Origin: Tetramitus jugosus
Taxonomy: Eukaryota; Protista; Heterolobosea
Direction of reading: 5' to 3'
NCBI GenBank assembly: GCA_937625935.1
Contig: OW569357.1
Span: forward strand, 186,001 to 250,000
Length of the DNA: 64,000 nt
This document shows, piece after piece, positions 33,323-45,831 of this stretch. The stretch's first letter is position 1. Each line of letters starts with the position of its first letter. The position numbers and the translations under genes are program-made. Under the pieces are notes generated by a model. The model was given only the letters and a program-made list of their open reading frames with translations. It did not search any database and had not been told where the DNA came from.

Positions 33323-33735
33323 TGTATCCTTGTTGTTTTGTTTTACTTAGAAGAAAACACAGGAAGAACTCTTCTTTTATCAAGGCACACGGAAAATTTC
33401 TCAAGGGGAAAATAAAATAATAGGCGCCTAAACCAGTTCATTATTATGACGTCAGCAGCACGTCTTCTTGAAGTTTCCATATTTTTGATTCCAACCGGGA
33501 GAACTGGTTGACTACAATCAGATCATGAGAGTGAAAAAATGGGCAGCGACCTCAATAGTTCACGGAATAAAATCAAGCTGGCAATTTCTGTTGTGTGTAG
33601 AAACCCAGGTCAAGATCTGACATTGGTGCAGTCAGAGAAAGTGAATAGATGACGACGACGTAGTGAAATCTTGGACATTTTGACGTCGCCCAACCTGACG
33701 AGGAGATATTCGGAATAACTAATCGTTCTGAAAAA

Positions 33736-34650
33736 ATGATCACACGCGCCCTGCTTGTAATCTCGAGTGTGATTGTGTTGTTGTTGCTTGAGGTTTATGC
33801 CAGAAACAACAACAACAACCAGAAAACATCCATGGTTTGGATGTGTCTCGAAAGATGTCAAGAGAGTAAATCAGAAATATTGGCCAATTTGCAAACGATT
33901 CAAACTGTGGCTCACAGATCGTTGACTGCGGTGTCCTTTGAACTGTACAATATTGGCGCAAACAGTTCATTGATCAAGAACAATGACTTGTCGAATGTGG
34001 CTCCAGTGTTGCAAAAAGTGAGGGCATTCGGTGGAGAACCATTGAAGCTCTATCCAATGATCAGCTCCTATCCATACCCAAAGGAGCTCATTGATTGGAT
34101 GAGATACTTGTTTAAGAATCCACAGCCATTTATTGAAGCTGCTCTGAGAGAAGTAGATCACAATGCCTATGATGGCTTTAATTTGGATTTGGAGCCTGTG
34201 ACTGGTGTAACGACTCAAGATGCTGCTGATTATGCTCGATTTATTGGTTTGTTTGCTCAGGCATTGCATTCTAGAGGTAAGAACTTGAATGTTGATACGG
34301 CGGCTTGGTCTATTTTGTGGGATTATGGTCTCATTAGCAAATCATTGAGTGCAGAGTCCGGTGACATCATGATCACAATGGGAACTTACACACAAAAGAA
34401 TACAACATGGTTACAACAACTACAAAAGGTTGTGTCTGAGTCTGACTCCCTACAGAAAGTTGGAATCGGATTGATGCCATGTATGAATGACGATACGACA
34501 CCACTGCCAATCGAAGATGTCGATTTTCGCTTCAATAATATCAAACAATACGGAGTCCAAAACGTTGAGGTGTGGACCATGAAGCAAGTATGGTTGGGAG
34601 ACAGAAGCATCTGGTGGGATAAGTTAGAACAATTTTTGTTGGACAATTAA
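33736..34650 (+). CDS. Secreted glycoside hydrolase family 18 (chitinase/chitobiase-like)
   Basis: Signal peptide; DGFNLDLEP catalytic motif with Glu retained; length fits a TIM barrel; MGTY. Confidence 0.75.
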   Translation: MITRALLVISSVIVLLLLEVYARNNNNNQKTSMVWMCLERCQESKSEILANLQTIQTVAHRSLTAVSFELYNIGANSSLIKNNDLSNVAPVLQKVRAFGGEPLKLYPMISSYPYPKELIDWMRYLFKNPQPFIEAALREVDHNAYDGFNLDLEPVTGVTTQDAADYARFIGLFAQALHSRGKNLNVDTAAWSILWDYGLISKSLSAESGDIMITMGTYTQKNTTWLQQLQKVVSESDSLQKVGIGLMPCMNDDTTPLPIEDVDFRFNNIKQYGVQNVEVWTMKQVWLGDRSIWWDKLEQFLLDN

Positions 34651-34770
34651 ACTTGAACCATTTGCTGCCAAACCATCTCAATAAGCTACAACGCGTCTGT
34701 TTCGACACCATCAAATCAGAATTGTCTAAAAATAGATACCAGTAGAAAAGTGATTTTTCACTCATAACAT

Positions 34771-34843
34771 GGCTCCTTAGCACAGGTGGCAGTGCGCTGT
34801 CCTAGTAAGACAGAGGTCACGAGTTCGAGTCTCGTAGGAGCCT
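34771..34843 (+). tRNA. tRNA-Thr(AGT)
   Basis: 73-nt cloverleaf: acceptor GGCTCCT/AGGAGCC, D-arm GCAC/GTGC, anticodon stem CTGTC/GACAG with loop CT-AGT-AA, T-arm ACGAG-TTCGAGT-CTCGT. A T-run follows downstream. Confidence 0.95.
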
Positions 34844-34910
34844 ACGGATCAACTTTTGCTTCTCTCGGTTTGTGGAAATGCAACAACAAACCTCAATCCA
34901 CACAACAGCG

Positions 34911-35249
34911 ATGATACGCAAGGCATTATTAGGCATTCACAAACAGCGAGGAGTCACCAGCCATCTCCTATCTGGCCATTGGACTGAGTCCGCGATCAAC
35001 AAACAATTTTCGTCATCCACCAACCTCACTGCCCAGAATCATGATCAACAATGTTCGACGTCGGATATCCTGAAAAACAACCAGGAAATAACAACCAGCA
35101 GCGAGCATCATACAAGTCAAGTTGTTGAAGAACCTGAGATGCCAACAAATTGTTGCGGAAACAATTGCTTTCACTGTGTTTGGAATGACTATTTTGAACA
35201 AAAACAAAAGTATGATGAGTACGTAGCCTCTCTGAAGGGAGAAGAATGA
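34911..35249 (+). CDS. Oxidoreductase-like domain protein (OXLD1-like), probably mitochondrial
   Basis: PEMPTNCCGNNCFHCVW..Y motif and a presequence-like MIRKALLG. An upstream ATG at 34878 is also possible. Confidence 0.8.
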   Translation: MIRKALLGIHKQRGVTSHLLSGHWTESAINKQFSSSTNLTAQNHDQQCSTSDILKNNQEITTSSEHHTSQVVEEPEMPTNCCGNNCFHCVWNDYFEQKQKYDEYVASLKGEE

Positions 35250-35443
35250 TGATGCCTATATACGGTCCAAGTAGTATTGCTAGGGAATCAGTTGATCTCT
35301 CATCAGATTTTTATCACACAGATCATGGAATGCGAATGCGAGAACAGAGCAAGCGGCTGAAAGTTTCTTGAGCCAAAACAAGCCGCAAAAAAAAACAAAA
35401 GAACAATCAAAGTTGTGTGAATAATAACACATCAAATCCAATC

Positions 35444-38400
35444 ATGGACAGTCATAGAACCATGTCATCCTCACCCTCACCACCACCCTCACAACAATCG
35501 CAATCCACTTCCACTCATAATAATAGCAACAATAGTCCTAGTAGTAGCAATCACAATGTAGCAATGCACTCGGCCACTGCATCAACAACCGCAACTACTG
35601 CAGTGCTCTTTACCACCACCACTACTTCATCATCATCATCCTGCAACCCTTCTTTGATCAATCAACTATCGAATTCTTCTTCTTCTTCTTCATCAACTGT
35701 CTCTCATCACACTACCGCTACTGCTACTACTGCCACGACGACTACCCCTACTGCTACTACCAATATAAACAACATCCATGCTACTACTAGTGTGAATAGT
35801 AGTAGTAGCAGTAGTTTATCCAATCCAAGTTTGATTGGCAGCAGTAGTACCGGTAGTAGCAGTAACATCACTAGCAGTGTCGGTAGTGTCGGTAGTATCG
35901 GTAGTAGTGGTAGTAGTAATACTCCATCAATCAATGATCTCGTATATGCAATGATTGACAATATAGTGAATGGAGTGTATGATGAACAAGTTTGGAGACA
36001 ATCACAAGAAGTGTGCGCAATGTCATCTTCAAACAAAACCAGTTCACTCCAAGTGTCGTCTCTCTTTGTTCAAAAATTGGGTATTCTATGGAAACAGCAT
36101 CAACAAAAGATGGAGAATAGAACGACGTGCATGAACCATTCACAGTTGAGAGTATTGTGTCTCTACTTGATTCATTTCAAAACGATTCTAGGTGCCAGTA
36201 TTCACTCGGATCCATGGCACAGTTTACTGTTGAACAACACGTTTCACATCCGGTCACCAATGACCAATGAACTGTTGGATCTGTATGGAAAGTTGTTTGC
36301 AGAGATGGGAAAGAGTGATTCGCAGTGGAAGGATTTGTTATTTTCCACGTTTGAACAAAAATCAATGCATCGATCATGGATGTCAATGAACAAAACGGGT
36401 GGTGGTAGTAGTGGCGGTGATCATTCACCACAAAGTGGGAACAACAATAGTAGTAGTAGTAATGGTAGTAGAAACTCGTCCAATATCAGTAGTAATAATA
36501 TTCATCAATTTTCAATCCATGAAATTCAATTGCAGATTGTTCATTGTAAATCCTATTTGAAAAGTTTTGCAAAATCCGCTATGCTTCAATTCTTGGACAA
36601 GATGTATCAGACTATGTTTCCGTTGATATCTGGTCAACCATTAAATCATACCATCAAGCAAAAGTTGGTCATCTATTCCAACCTTTTGTTTGAAGTTGTG
36701 GTTGACCAGCGTCACAATTTGAACATGGCTGAAATTATGGATACAAATCTGTTCAAGTTGATTGTACATATATTGAGGAGTGTTCGATCTGTGGATATTT
36801 TGGCTCCGCTATTGAGAACTCTGGTTGTTGTTGTTCCGGTGTTGATGAAGAAGCAGCGATTAGGCACAGAACCAAAACTGTTTTGTCAGACATTGTTTTC
36901 TGTAGTCAAGTCCATTATTGTTGATTGGCCAAACATCATATCGGATGAATCAAAGGGTAGTAGCTCTGAAGTCCTGCAATTATCGTCTGATATTGATCAA
37001 ATTTACTCCTTTTCACATCCAATAGGACGCAATTTGCACTTGGCCATGCAGGAATTTGTACAGTTGAATTATATTTTATTCCCAAGATTGTTCTTACGGA
37101 ATGTTAGAACTCAAATTCTATCTCAAAACAATCAACGAACTACAGGCATGTCGCAAGCAACACTCTCTGCTATTGCTGAAACGCTTGAACAATATCTAGA
37201 ACATATGAAATTTAATACGTATTTGCTACATAGTCTTGAGTCATGTGAGTTGAACATGGAGAGATGGAAAACAATGGACATTGACCGGTGGATACTAAAC
37301 TTTAAAACGTACGGATCACGAGGCACACAGCAAGAATCAACTCTTCGGAAAGCTTTATCTTCAGATGATTTAGAAAATGTTCCACGAGGCGACGATGATA
37401 GCTACTCGCAATTGGAGCAACTATTTCAAGAGAATAGACCAAGAGAGTTTTGGTGGCAGAGAATCATGGGAGTACAGAAATGGATTGAAACATCATTCAC
37501 AAATGAAAATACAATCAACAAGGAACGTTTCACATCAGATGTGACAGAACTTCACAAGAGCGTACTCTTGCTGAAGAATGAACTGTTGTATGAGAAATGT
37601 TTACGACAGGAGCTTCAGCAGCATTGCCAAAAACTACGACTAGAGCAAGTTGATTCATGGAAAGAGAAAGCAATTGTTGACTCTTTGAATAAGAAAATTA
37701 AGATGCAAACTGTTGAAATTCACAGACTCCAGGAGGAGGTGAAAATATGGAAGAAAGCCGATCGTGAAGCAAGAGATAGACTGAACCATTGGGACACAAC
37801 CCTCCAATCGAATCTTCAATCAGCAAACAACACTATCAAAAAAGTTACTGAAGATTGTCTGACATATTCTGAGAAGGTTGACACACTGCGATATCAGATA
37901 GATGAACTGAAAAAGGAATTGAACGTGAAATCGAGCAGAATCTACGAACTGGAAACGATTGTTTCAGAGAGTTCATCAAGAATGGAGAAGGCTAGAGAGC
38001 AAGAAGTGAAATTGGAGGCACTAATGAAGGAGGTACACTTGTGGGAAAGAAGTCACAGCAAACTGATTGCTACAATCAAGCAAAATCGTGAACTTAATGA
38101 AGGTATCATCTTTAGAAACAAGATTATTGATGGTATATCGCGCAAGTTAGAGCTGAGTCAAGAGAAACTTCAGGATGCATCTGCCTGGATACACTCGAAA
38201 ACAGAGTATATATCGAGCTTAAAGACAGAGCTCTTACAATCCAACAAAGCGATAACCAAGTGGAAAGAAGTACTTCAGCAACAAGAGGTTGTTCATGCTG
38301 AAAATCAACGTGTTCTGCAACAAAAGTATGACACAATCAAACACTTGAACACTATCCTGCAAAACAAGATTACAGAAATGCGGTTCAGACAAGATAGTCT

Positions 38401-38449
38401 CTCTCTGAGCCAGATGGATTCCCATGCAGCCACCGAGCTGCCCGTGTAA
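35444..38449 (+). CDS. Hamartin/TSC1-like protein
   Basis: S/T-rich N-terminus, then a helical domain with YILFPRLFL and ELNMERWK, followed by LLLKNELLYEK..R and a long C-terminal coiled coil. The order matches TSC1. Confidence 0.65.
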   Translation: MDSHRTMSSSPSPPPSQQSQSTSTHNNSNNSPSSSNHNVAMHSATASTTATTAVLFTTTTTSSSSSCNPSLINQLSNSSSSSSSTVSHHTTATATTATTTTPTATTNINNIHATTSVNSSSSSSLSNPSLIGSSSTGSSSNITSSVGSVGSIGSSGSSNTPSINDLVYAMIDNIVNGVYDEQVWRQSQEVCAMSSSNKTSSLQVSSLFVQKLGILWKQHQQKMENRTTCMNHSQLRVLCLYLIHFKTILGASIHSDPWHSLLLNNTFHIRSPMTNELLDLYGKLFAEMGKSDSQWKDLLFSTFEQKSMHRSWMSMNKTGGGSSGGDHSPQSGNNNSSSSNGSRNSSNISSNNIHQFSIHEIQLQIVHCKSYLKSFAKSAMLQFLDKMYQTMFPLISGQPLNHTIKQKLVIYSNLLFEVVVDQRHNLNMAEIMDTNLFKLIVHILRSVRSVDILAPLLRTLVVVVPVLMKKQRLGTEPKLFCQTLFSVVKSIIVDWPNIISDESKGSSSEVLQLSSDIDQIYSFSHPIGRNLHLAMQEFVQLNYILFPRLFLRNVRTQILSQNNQRTTGMSQATLSAIAETLEQYLEHMKFNTYLLHSLESCELNMERWKTMDIDRWILNFKTYGSRGTQQESTLRKALSSDDLENVPRGDDDSYSQLEQLFQENRPREFWWQRIMGVQKWIETSFTNENTINKERFTSDVTELHKSVLLLKNELLYEKCLRQELQQHCQKLRLEQVDSWKEKAIVDSLNKKIKMQTVEIHRLQEEVKIWKKADREARDRLNHWDTTLQSNLQSANNTIKKVTEDCLTYSEKVDTLRYQIDELKKELNVKSSRIYELETIVSESSSRMEKAREQEVKLEALMKEVHLWERSHSKLIATIKQNRELNEGIIFRNKIIDGISRKLELSQEKLQDASAWIHSKTEYISSLKTELLQSNKAITKWKEVLQQQEVVHAENQRVLQQKYDTIKHLNTILQNKITEMRFRQDSLSLSQMDSHAATELPV

Positions 38450-38642
38450 AATTAGTAAACTTGCTTTTGTTGAGAATCATTTTTTGCGATGGAATACTAA
38501 CGACAGTTGACATCCTTCGGTGAAACAAATCAGCCAAACAAAATTGAGAACTGAACTTCAGAACCACAACAACAGCAAAACAGCAACAAGGCCTCTATCA
38601 CATTCAATTTTTGAACACAGATTCTATCTCATTCATATAACA

Positions 38643-41600
38643 ATGGTGACTGAAGAAGATTCCCCAAGCATGAACAACAACAACAATAATAACACGAACA
38701 ACACGAGTCTTTCAGTGACCAATTCGAATAGTAGTAGTGGTAACAGTGGTGCTAGAGCCATTCGTATTCGCAAAAGAGCTCTCATGTCTCCACTCTCAGC
38801 ATTCAAATCACCTCCCTCTCCCACACAAGCGTCTGATCCATCCATCACACCTACCACACCACTATCATTGACTCTGGACACAGAATTGTCATCCTCTTCT
38901 GCTGCGTCATCACCCTCTTCATCACCAACCATTGCCGACAATGACACAACACAACAACAACAACAACAACAACAACCAGAATCATCAACATCATCAACAT
39001 CAACCACACCAACCACACCAACCAGCAATGAATCAAACAATAGCACTAATGAAACGAACAATAAGACATCACCATCATCATTGTCAGTTGCTTTTGCTGA
39101 TGCAGATATTGTTCAACCAGATGCATCATCCCCACATGCATCACCCACATTGATCCAACTGCACACGAGAGCGAGAACCGTCAGAGCCAAAACACCGCCC
39201 ATGCTTTCACTGTCTAGCTCAATTCACAATCATCATCAACAACAACAACAACAGCAACAACAGTATAATGCACCTCCTACTCCTCCACTGACACTCTCAC
39301 TCAAGAACAAGACAATCTATAGTCAATATCCATCTCCATCTTCTGTCATCTCCTCATCCGTTTCCCCTCATCATCATCATTCATCGTCATCTCCGCCCAA
39401 AATGGTAAAAACAAGGACCAATCGTGCCACATCCATCAAATCGTTTACTCCTGCGAGCATCTCTACATTGAACAGTCATTCATTGCGTATTCCATCAAAC
39501 AACAATAACAATCATACAGCAGCAGCAACAAAAGATGTACAGAAGAATGAACAACATTGTCATGACAATAGCAACAAGAGTGATGATGATCATGATGAAG
39601 ATTACTATGAGGATGAATCGGTCAGTTGCGATGATGACATGATGAGTCAAGATACCATGACTGATGGTCAAGAGGACGATCCTTGCAAGGACAATGAACA
39701 CACTGGCACAACAATCATGGACAACAATTGCTCATCTCATCATGATGAACAAGTTCAGAAGATACACTTGTTGCTCGAGAATGTCAAGGGTATTGGTGCG
39801 AGGAATCAGCGAAGTGATAGCACAAGCAGTGTGACATCTACTTATTCGAGCAATGAAATTTCAAAGGGCACTGTATGGAGAACGATTGAAGATTTGAAGC
39901 GACAAATTGAAAGGAAGGAACACGAGTTGGGACTGTTGAAATCCGAGTTGAAATTTCAATGTGAGCTGTACTTGAACATGAAGGACAATGAGATTCAGAT
40001 TGAACACCAGTGTACAGAAGCTCAACAACATGTTGACAATAGAGGAACGGACAATCATCAAGATAGTAACGACGGTAGTGGTGGAGGAGAGGTGACAACA
40101 CCGAGAACATTGAAAGCAAAGCAATGGAAGCACATGTCCGTGGGTGAATTTGAGCACGAATTTACGAATCCTCTGTATGATCCTCGTGATACAAATCGTA
40201 TCGTGTGGCGCAAGTTTGAACCACAGGAGGACACTCTTTTCACTTATTATGAGTCGTGTCATGACACTCTCTCATTGACGCCGCTGTTGAGTGAAGAGTA
40301 TAACAGAATTCATGGACTGTCGAGTACATTGGATGAATATGACTCCTCTAGTGGTATAGTAGATGAAAATGAAGTGTTGTATGGCGATTTGCATGTGAGT
40401 GGTGATTCATCATTTGGTTTACAAGTGATGGGTGATGATGCTTCCTCGACAGACTTGCTAACAACTCATCGAGACGGGACGAGCAGTGAACAATTCTTGA
40501 CAGCCATCAACACTAGCAATACGAGTAGTGCAGATTCAATTTCACCACGTGCTAGAATGTTGAGTCCCAGACATAACACTGAGCCCACAGTCGAGATATT
40601 ACGAGATGATAATGGGGAAGTGAGAGCTGCTACTTTGTCAAAACTGGTTTTTGAACTGACGAATCATCAATCATTTGATAACGAATTCTTGCACATCTTC
40701 TTATTGACATATCGCAGCTTTATGAGCCCATATCAATTGTTGGCACAGTTAACTGCGAGATACAATCTCGTGCCACCATTTATTGAAGCACAAGCTGCCA
40801 AATTACCCATGACCGTTTCAGATTTTAGTCTCATTCCTATCCAGTATCCAGAAGATATGAATGCTGTGAAAGATTTTATTAGGAACACTCTAACACCGAC
40901 GAGATTAAGGGTGTGTCAAGTAGTGAAAACCTGGTTGCAGAATCATTTTACAGACTTTAGAAATGATGAAAAATTAAGTCAGTACCTTCGTACTTTCTTT
41001 TCAATGCTGAAGCATACACATATGAGCAATTTGAGTCAGCAGTTGAAACAAATTTGGACAAATTCAAGCAACAGAAGAGATACTTTCTCGACTCAACAAG
41101 TCCAGGAGCTGCTAAAACAAAATGCACTGGAAGAATCAGCAACAAAGAAACATAACGCAATCGAGTCACTGCACATGTACAAGAAGGTTGTCTCTGGAGA
41201 TAAGCTACATGAACAACCATTGTACAAGTTTAAAACCAGTTTACTCGCTCAAGAGTTAACAATGTTCACATTTGATATATTCAAAGCCATATTGCCCAGG
41301 GAACTCCTGAATCAAAATTGGACCAAACCCAATCGACATCTGGTAGCGCCTAATATCATTCGAATGATTAGCCGATCTAACATGGTTGGAGCCTGGGTCG
41401 CAACAGAAATCCTAAATATTTCTGACCTGGAAGAACGCGCCAAGTTGATCAAACGATTTATCAAGCTTGCGTCAAAGCTTGACAAAATTAACAACTTTAA
41501 TACTCTTGTCGATGTTGTCTCTGGTTTAACCTGCAATCCAGTTCATCGATTAACAAAGACATGGACCCTCGTTTCTGAGAGGAAAAAGATTGAGCTACAA

Positions 41601-41963
41601 CGACTACAAACATTAGTTGATCCAAGACGCTCCTATGTAAATTTAAGAAATGCCATGAAGGAAAGAGGTCCACCATGTATTCCAGCACTCGGAATATACT
41701 TAACAGATGTCACCTTCATTGAAGACGGCAACAAGGATGAAGTACAAGGCCTCATCAACTTCTTCAAAAAGAGACTGCTTGGTTCGGTAATCAGAGATTT
41801 ACAAACCATTCAAAACACACCATACACAACCAAAGGACAACCACTTCTCCTTTTACGTTCAAGACTCATCAAACTCCCAGCCAAAGACATGAAAGAACTG
41901 TATGATATTTCTGTTGTCCATGAGCCACAGAAGAAGACAACGAAAAAGATTGTTTTCGACTAA
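38643..41963 (+). CDS. RasGEF (REM + CDC25 domains)
   Basis: ATG at 38643. REM motifs VRAATLSKLV and FLLTYRSF; CDC25 motifs LAQELT, WVATEIL, NNFNT, RLTKTW and PCIPALGIYLTDVTFIEDGN. Confidence 0.93.
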   Translation: MVTEEDSPSMNNNNNNNTNNTSLSVTNSNSSSGNSGARAIRIRKRALMSPLSAFKSPPSPTQASDPSITPTTPLSLTLDTELSSSSAASSPSSSPTIADNDTTQQQQQQQQPESSTSSTSTTPTTPTSNESNNSTNETNNKTSPSSLSVAFADADIVQPDASSPHASPTLIQLHTRARTVRAKTPPMLSLSSSIHNHHQQQQQQQQQYNAPPTPPLTLSLKNKTIYSQYPSPSSVISSSVSPHHHHSSSSPPKMVKTRTNRATSIKSFTPASISTLNSHSLRIPSNNNNNHTAAATKDVQKNEQHCHDNSNKSDDDHDEDYYEDESVSCDDDMMSQDTMTDGQEDDPCKDNEHTGTTIMDNNCSSHHDEQVQKIHLLLENVKGIGARNQRSDSTSSVTSTYSSNEISKGTVWRTIEDLKRQIERKEHELGLLKSELKFQCELYLNMKDNEIQIEHQCTEAQQHVDNRGTDNHQDSNDGSGGGEVTTPRTLKAKQWKHMSVGEFEHEFTNPLYDPRDTNRIVWRKFEPQEDTLFTYYESCHDTLSLTPLLSEEYNRIHGLSSTLDEYDSSSGIVDENEVLYGDLHVSGDSSFGLQVMGDDASSTDLLTTHRDGTSSEQFLTAINTSNTSSADSISPRARMLSPRHNTEPTVEILRDDNGEVRAATLSKLVFELTNHQSFDNEFLHIFLLTYRSFMSPYQLLAQLTARYNLVPPFIEAQAAKLPMTVSDFSLIPIQYPEDMNAVKDFIRNTLTPTRLRVCQVVKTWLQNHFTDFRNDEKLSQYLRTFFSMLKHTHMSNLSQQLKQIWTNSSNRRDTFSTQQVQELLKQNALEESATKKHNAIESLHMYKKVVSGDKLHEQPLYKFKTSLLAQELTMFTFDIFKAILPRELLNQNWTKPNRHLVAPNIIRMISRSNMVGAWVATEILNISDLEERAKLIKRFIKLASKLDKINNFNTLVDVVSGLTCNPVHRLTKTWTLVSERKKIELQRLQTLVDPRRSYVNLRNAMKERGPPCIPALGIYLTDVTFIEDGNKDEVQGLINFFKKRLLGSVIRDLQTIQNTPYTTKGQPLLLLRSRLIKLPAKDMKELYDISVVHEPQKKTTKKIVFD

Positions 41964-42262
41964 GCGAGCAACAAAGAGCCACTTCTCGTTGTATGAAAAA
42001 CAAAAGAGTAAATGAATAACGTCGTCCGTGGTCTTAGAATCTTTCAACTTTTACAATATCCTGTGGCTTCACACAGAAATGACTGCGTTAGCTAACCCAA
42101 CGAAGAAGCAGAAGAACATTTTTCCAAGTATGTTGTGGCACCTTCAGATGCTGATTCCGTAGCCGTCCAGTTGTTAATTTTTCCTGATTTTTTTCGAACT
42201 CCCGTTGTTCGAACTCTTCCTGTAATTGCTCGAAGTGCCTTCTCAACACATCAAGAACATAA

Positions 42263-43621
<1,359 letters not shown>

Positions 43622-43668
43622 ATAATTTTTACCAAACTAGAGTTGTACATAAAACATTTTTCATTTCC

Positions 43669-45338
43669 TCAAACGTTTATTTCTTCCGTGTAAAGCGATA
43701 GCAACTGATCCAAGCCAACTACGTCCTCCATTCCAGAGTTGACCACTAGATTCATCTCGTCCATAATCTGTTGCCTCAGGCATTCTCTTGGTCTGTACAA
43801 TAGGTTGCAATCCTTTCGATTAATCCGTGATGATATGTTAAACAGGGCCATGTTTCTCATCGTAATCAGATCGAACAATTGATTCCAATCCTCCAACTCG
43901 GCATCATCAGCACAAGCAAACAGAATAGATTGCAAGAAGGACGAGTTCTCAGACTCCTCCCGTTCTTCTTGTTGCTCCGATACATTCGTCTCATGATTCT
44001 CCAATATGAAAGAGAACACGTTACAAACCACTCGTTCCTTGTCCACCTTATTCATGGTTCCATGATCCTTTCTTCTATCTTTTGCTGTCATTGCTGATTT
44101 AACCAAAGGTTCCTTTGATACTTGTATTGGAAGCCTTGCATTGAAAAAAATACAACGGTCAATCACAGTGAACAAATACAAAAAGCAAATGAACATTGCA
44201 ATACATACCTTCCTCTGTGATTCACACTAAAGTGCTGTGTAGGAAGCATCTTACAATGACTCACAATTGTCTCATCACTCAACACTCCACTCTCACTCAC
44301 TGTCCGAATCATGACACCACCCATCTCATCCAAACTCACATTCATCAACACATAACTCTTCCAGTCAATCAATTTCACATAGAGCTTTCCTCTCTTGTTC
44401 AACAAGTTTCGACAAATGTGACACGTGATTCTCACTCGAGTATCAAACTCTTCTTCAATGTTTGATATGGGTTTGTCCATGGATACTGACTTGCTTGGTA
44501 AGTGATGATGATGATGATGATGATGATTTTGTTGTTGTGATATTACAATTTGACTATGATTCAAGCTATTTCTATGATTCACTGCAGTGTTTGTTGCTGT
44601 TGTTGTTGGTGTTGTTGGTGAAGTAGGTGAAGTTAGTGTATTGAGAGTAGCTACTGGTGTCGTAGGTGTTGCCGATGAAGGCGACAGCAAAGTGGATGGA
44701 TAAGTGTACACCATTGAACTTCTCTTGACATTGTGATTAGTATTAGTATTTGGATGATTGACTTGTAATTGCAATGATGAAGATGGATGATTATTCGCAT
44801 GATTGTTGCCAGTTGTACTATTGCTGTTACTGCCATTGTTATTATTATTATTGTGTAGACTCTGCTGATAGAACATGGATCGATTCATGAGTGTCATATC
44901 AAACGAGTCCATGTGCTTCAACTGTGCTGCATGATGAGATTGTGGTGGTGAAGTTGACAATGATAAGGGTGTTGTTGTTGTTGTAGGTGATAGCGTTGCT
45001 GACTGTTGTTGCTGTTGTTGTTGTTGTTGATTCTTGGACTTGTTGTTGCTCAACAGTGGTGCCAACAAGCGAGCAAATCTCGAACCTCCTGAAGATGACG
45101 ATGATGAATGATGATTGCCATTGTTGTTATTATTATTATTATTGTTATAGTTGGTAGTGGTGGTGGTGTTTGTGGGCGAAGAAGGAGATGATGACAACAA
45201 TATGGCATTGTTGTGTTCTGTGCTGTAGCGCGGCAATAGTCCATCACTGCCCGACCGACCAACACGTCCATTGTTGTTCGTGAGCATGAGTGAATGGACA
45301 GATTCCATGCTACTCGTCTTTTTCTGATGTTGCTGCAT
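43669..45338 (-). CDS. Low-complexity protein with a C-terminal PH-like domain; 2 exons
   Basis: The intron 44208-44135 (GTATGT..AAG) joins the two ORFs as NHRGR|LPIQ. PH-type boundaries: KRGKLYVK..W, NVFSF and LFACADDAELEDW. Confidence 0.6.
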
Positions 45339-45831
45339 TAATGATATGTGAGAGATTGCGATTTAAAATGGACAAAGAAAAGGCCGTGATGACGATGTTG
45401 TGGTTGCAATGTTTGTGTTTTGAAGCGTTTGTGGCCATGAGCTATATCTCCTCCAGTTAACCCGACAGTTAAAAATGAATGATTGACAGGTGAATTGAAT
45501 TTAGGCGACATGTGAATCGTGAAGGAAACCGAGCGCCAAGTGCCTTTCCTCTTGTGGTGCTGTGGGGAACTATGGAGAATGAGATATTCTACTAGAGTTT
45601 CATATCGCATGTTATTCGAATTACAGATTGAAACGGATTCTGGCTGTCTCTCCCTGTAAAAAAACGCCATTCCTTGTCGACACAACAAGCTCTCAGTTAT
45701 TTTTACACGAGATTCGCGTGCCAATCCACAACACCGCCAAGAGCAACACGCAAAAAAACGAAATCCACACACGAACAACAACAACAACATTAGTAATTAC
45801 TAAAAAAATCAATCATTAGCTGCTGAATAAA

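Noticed and set aside
34797-34813. Possible CTA (amber suppressor) anticodon in the tRNA
   Set aside because: The stem CTGTC/GACAG places AGT, not CTA, at positions 34-36.
45338-45819. 150-aa and 63-aa ORFs between the PH-domain and ANTH genes
   Set aside because: Non-ATG starts in a divergent promoter region, with no motifs.
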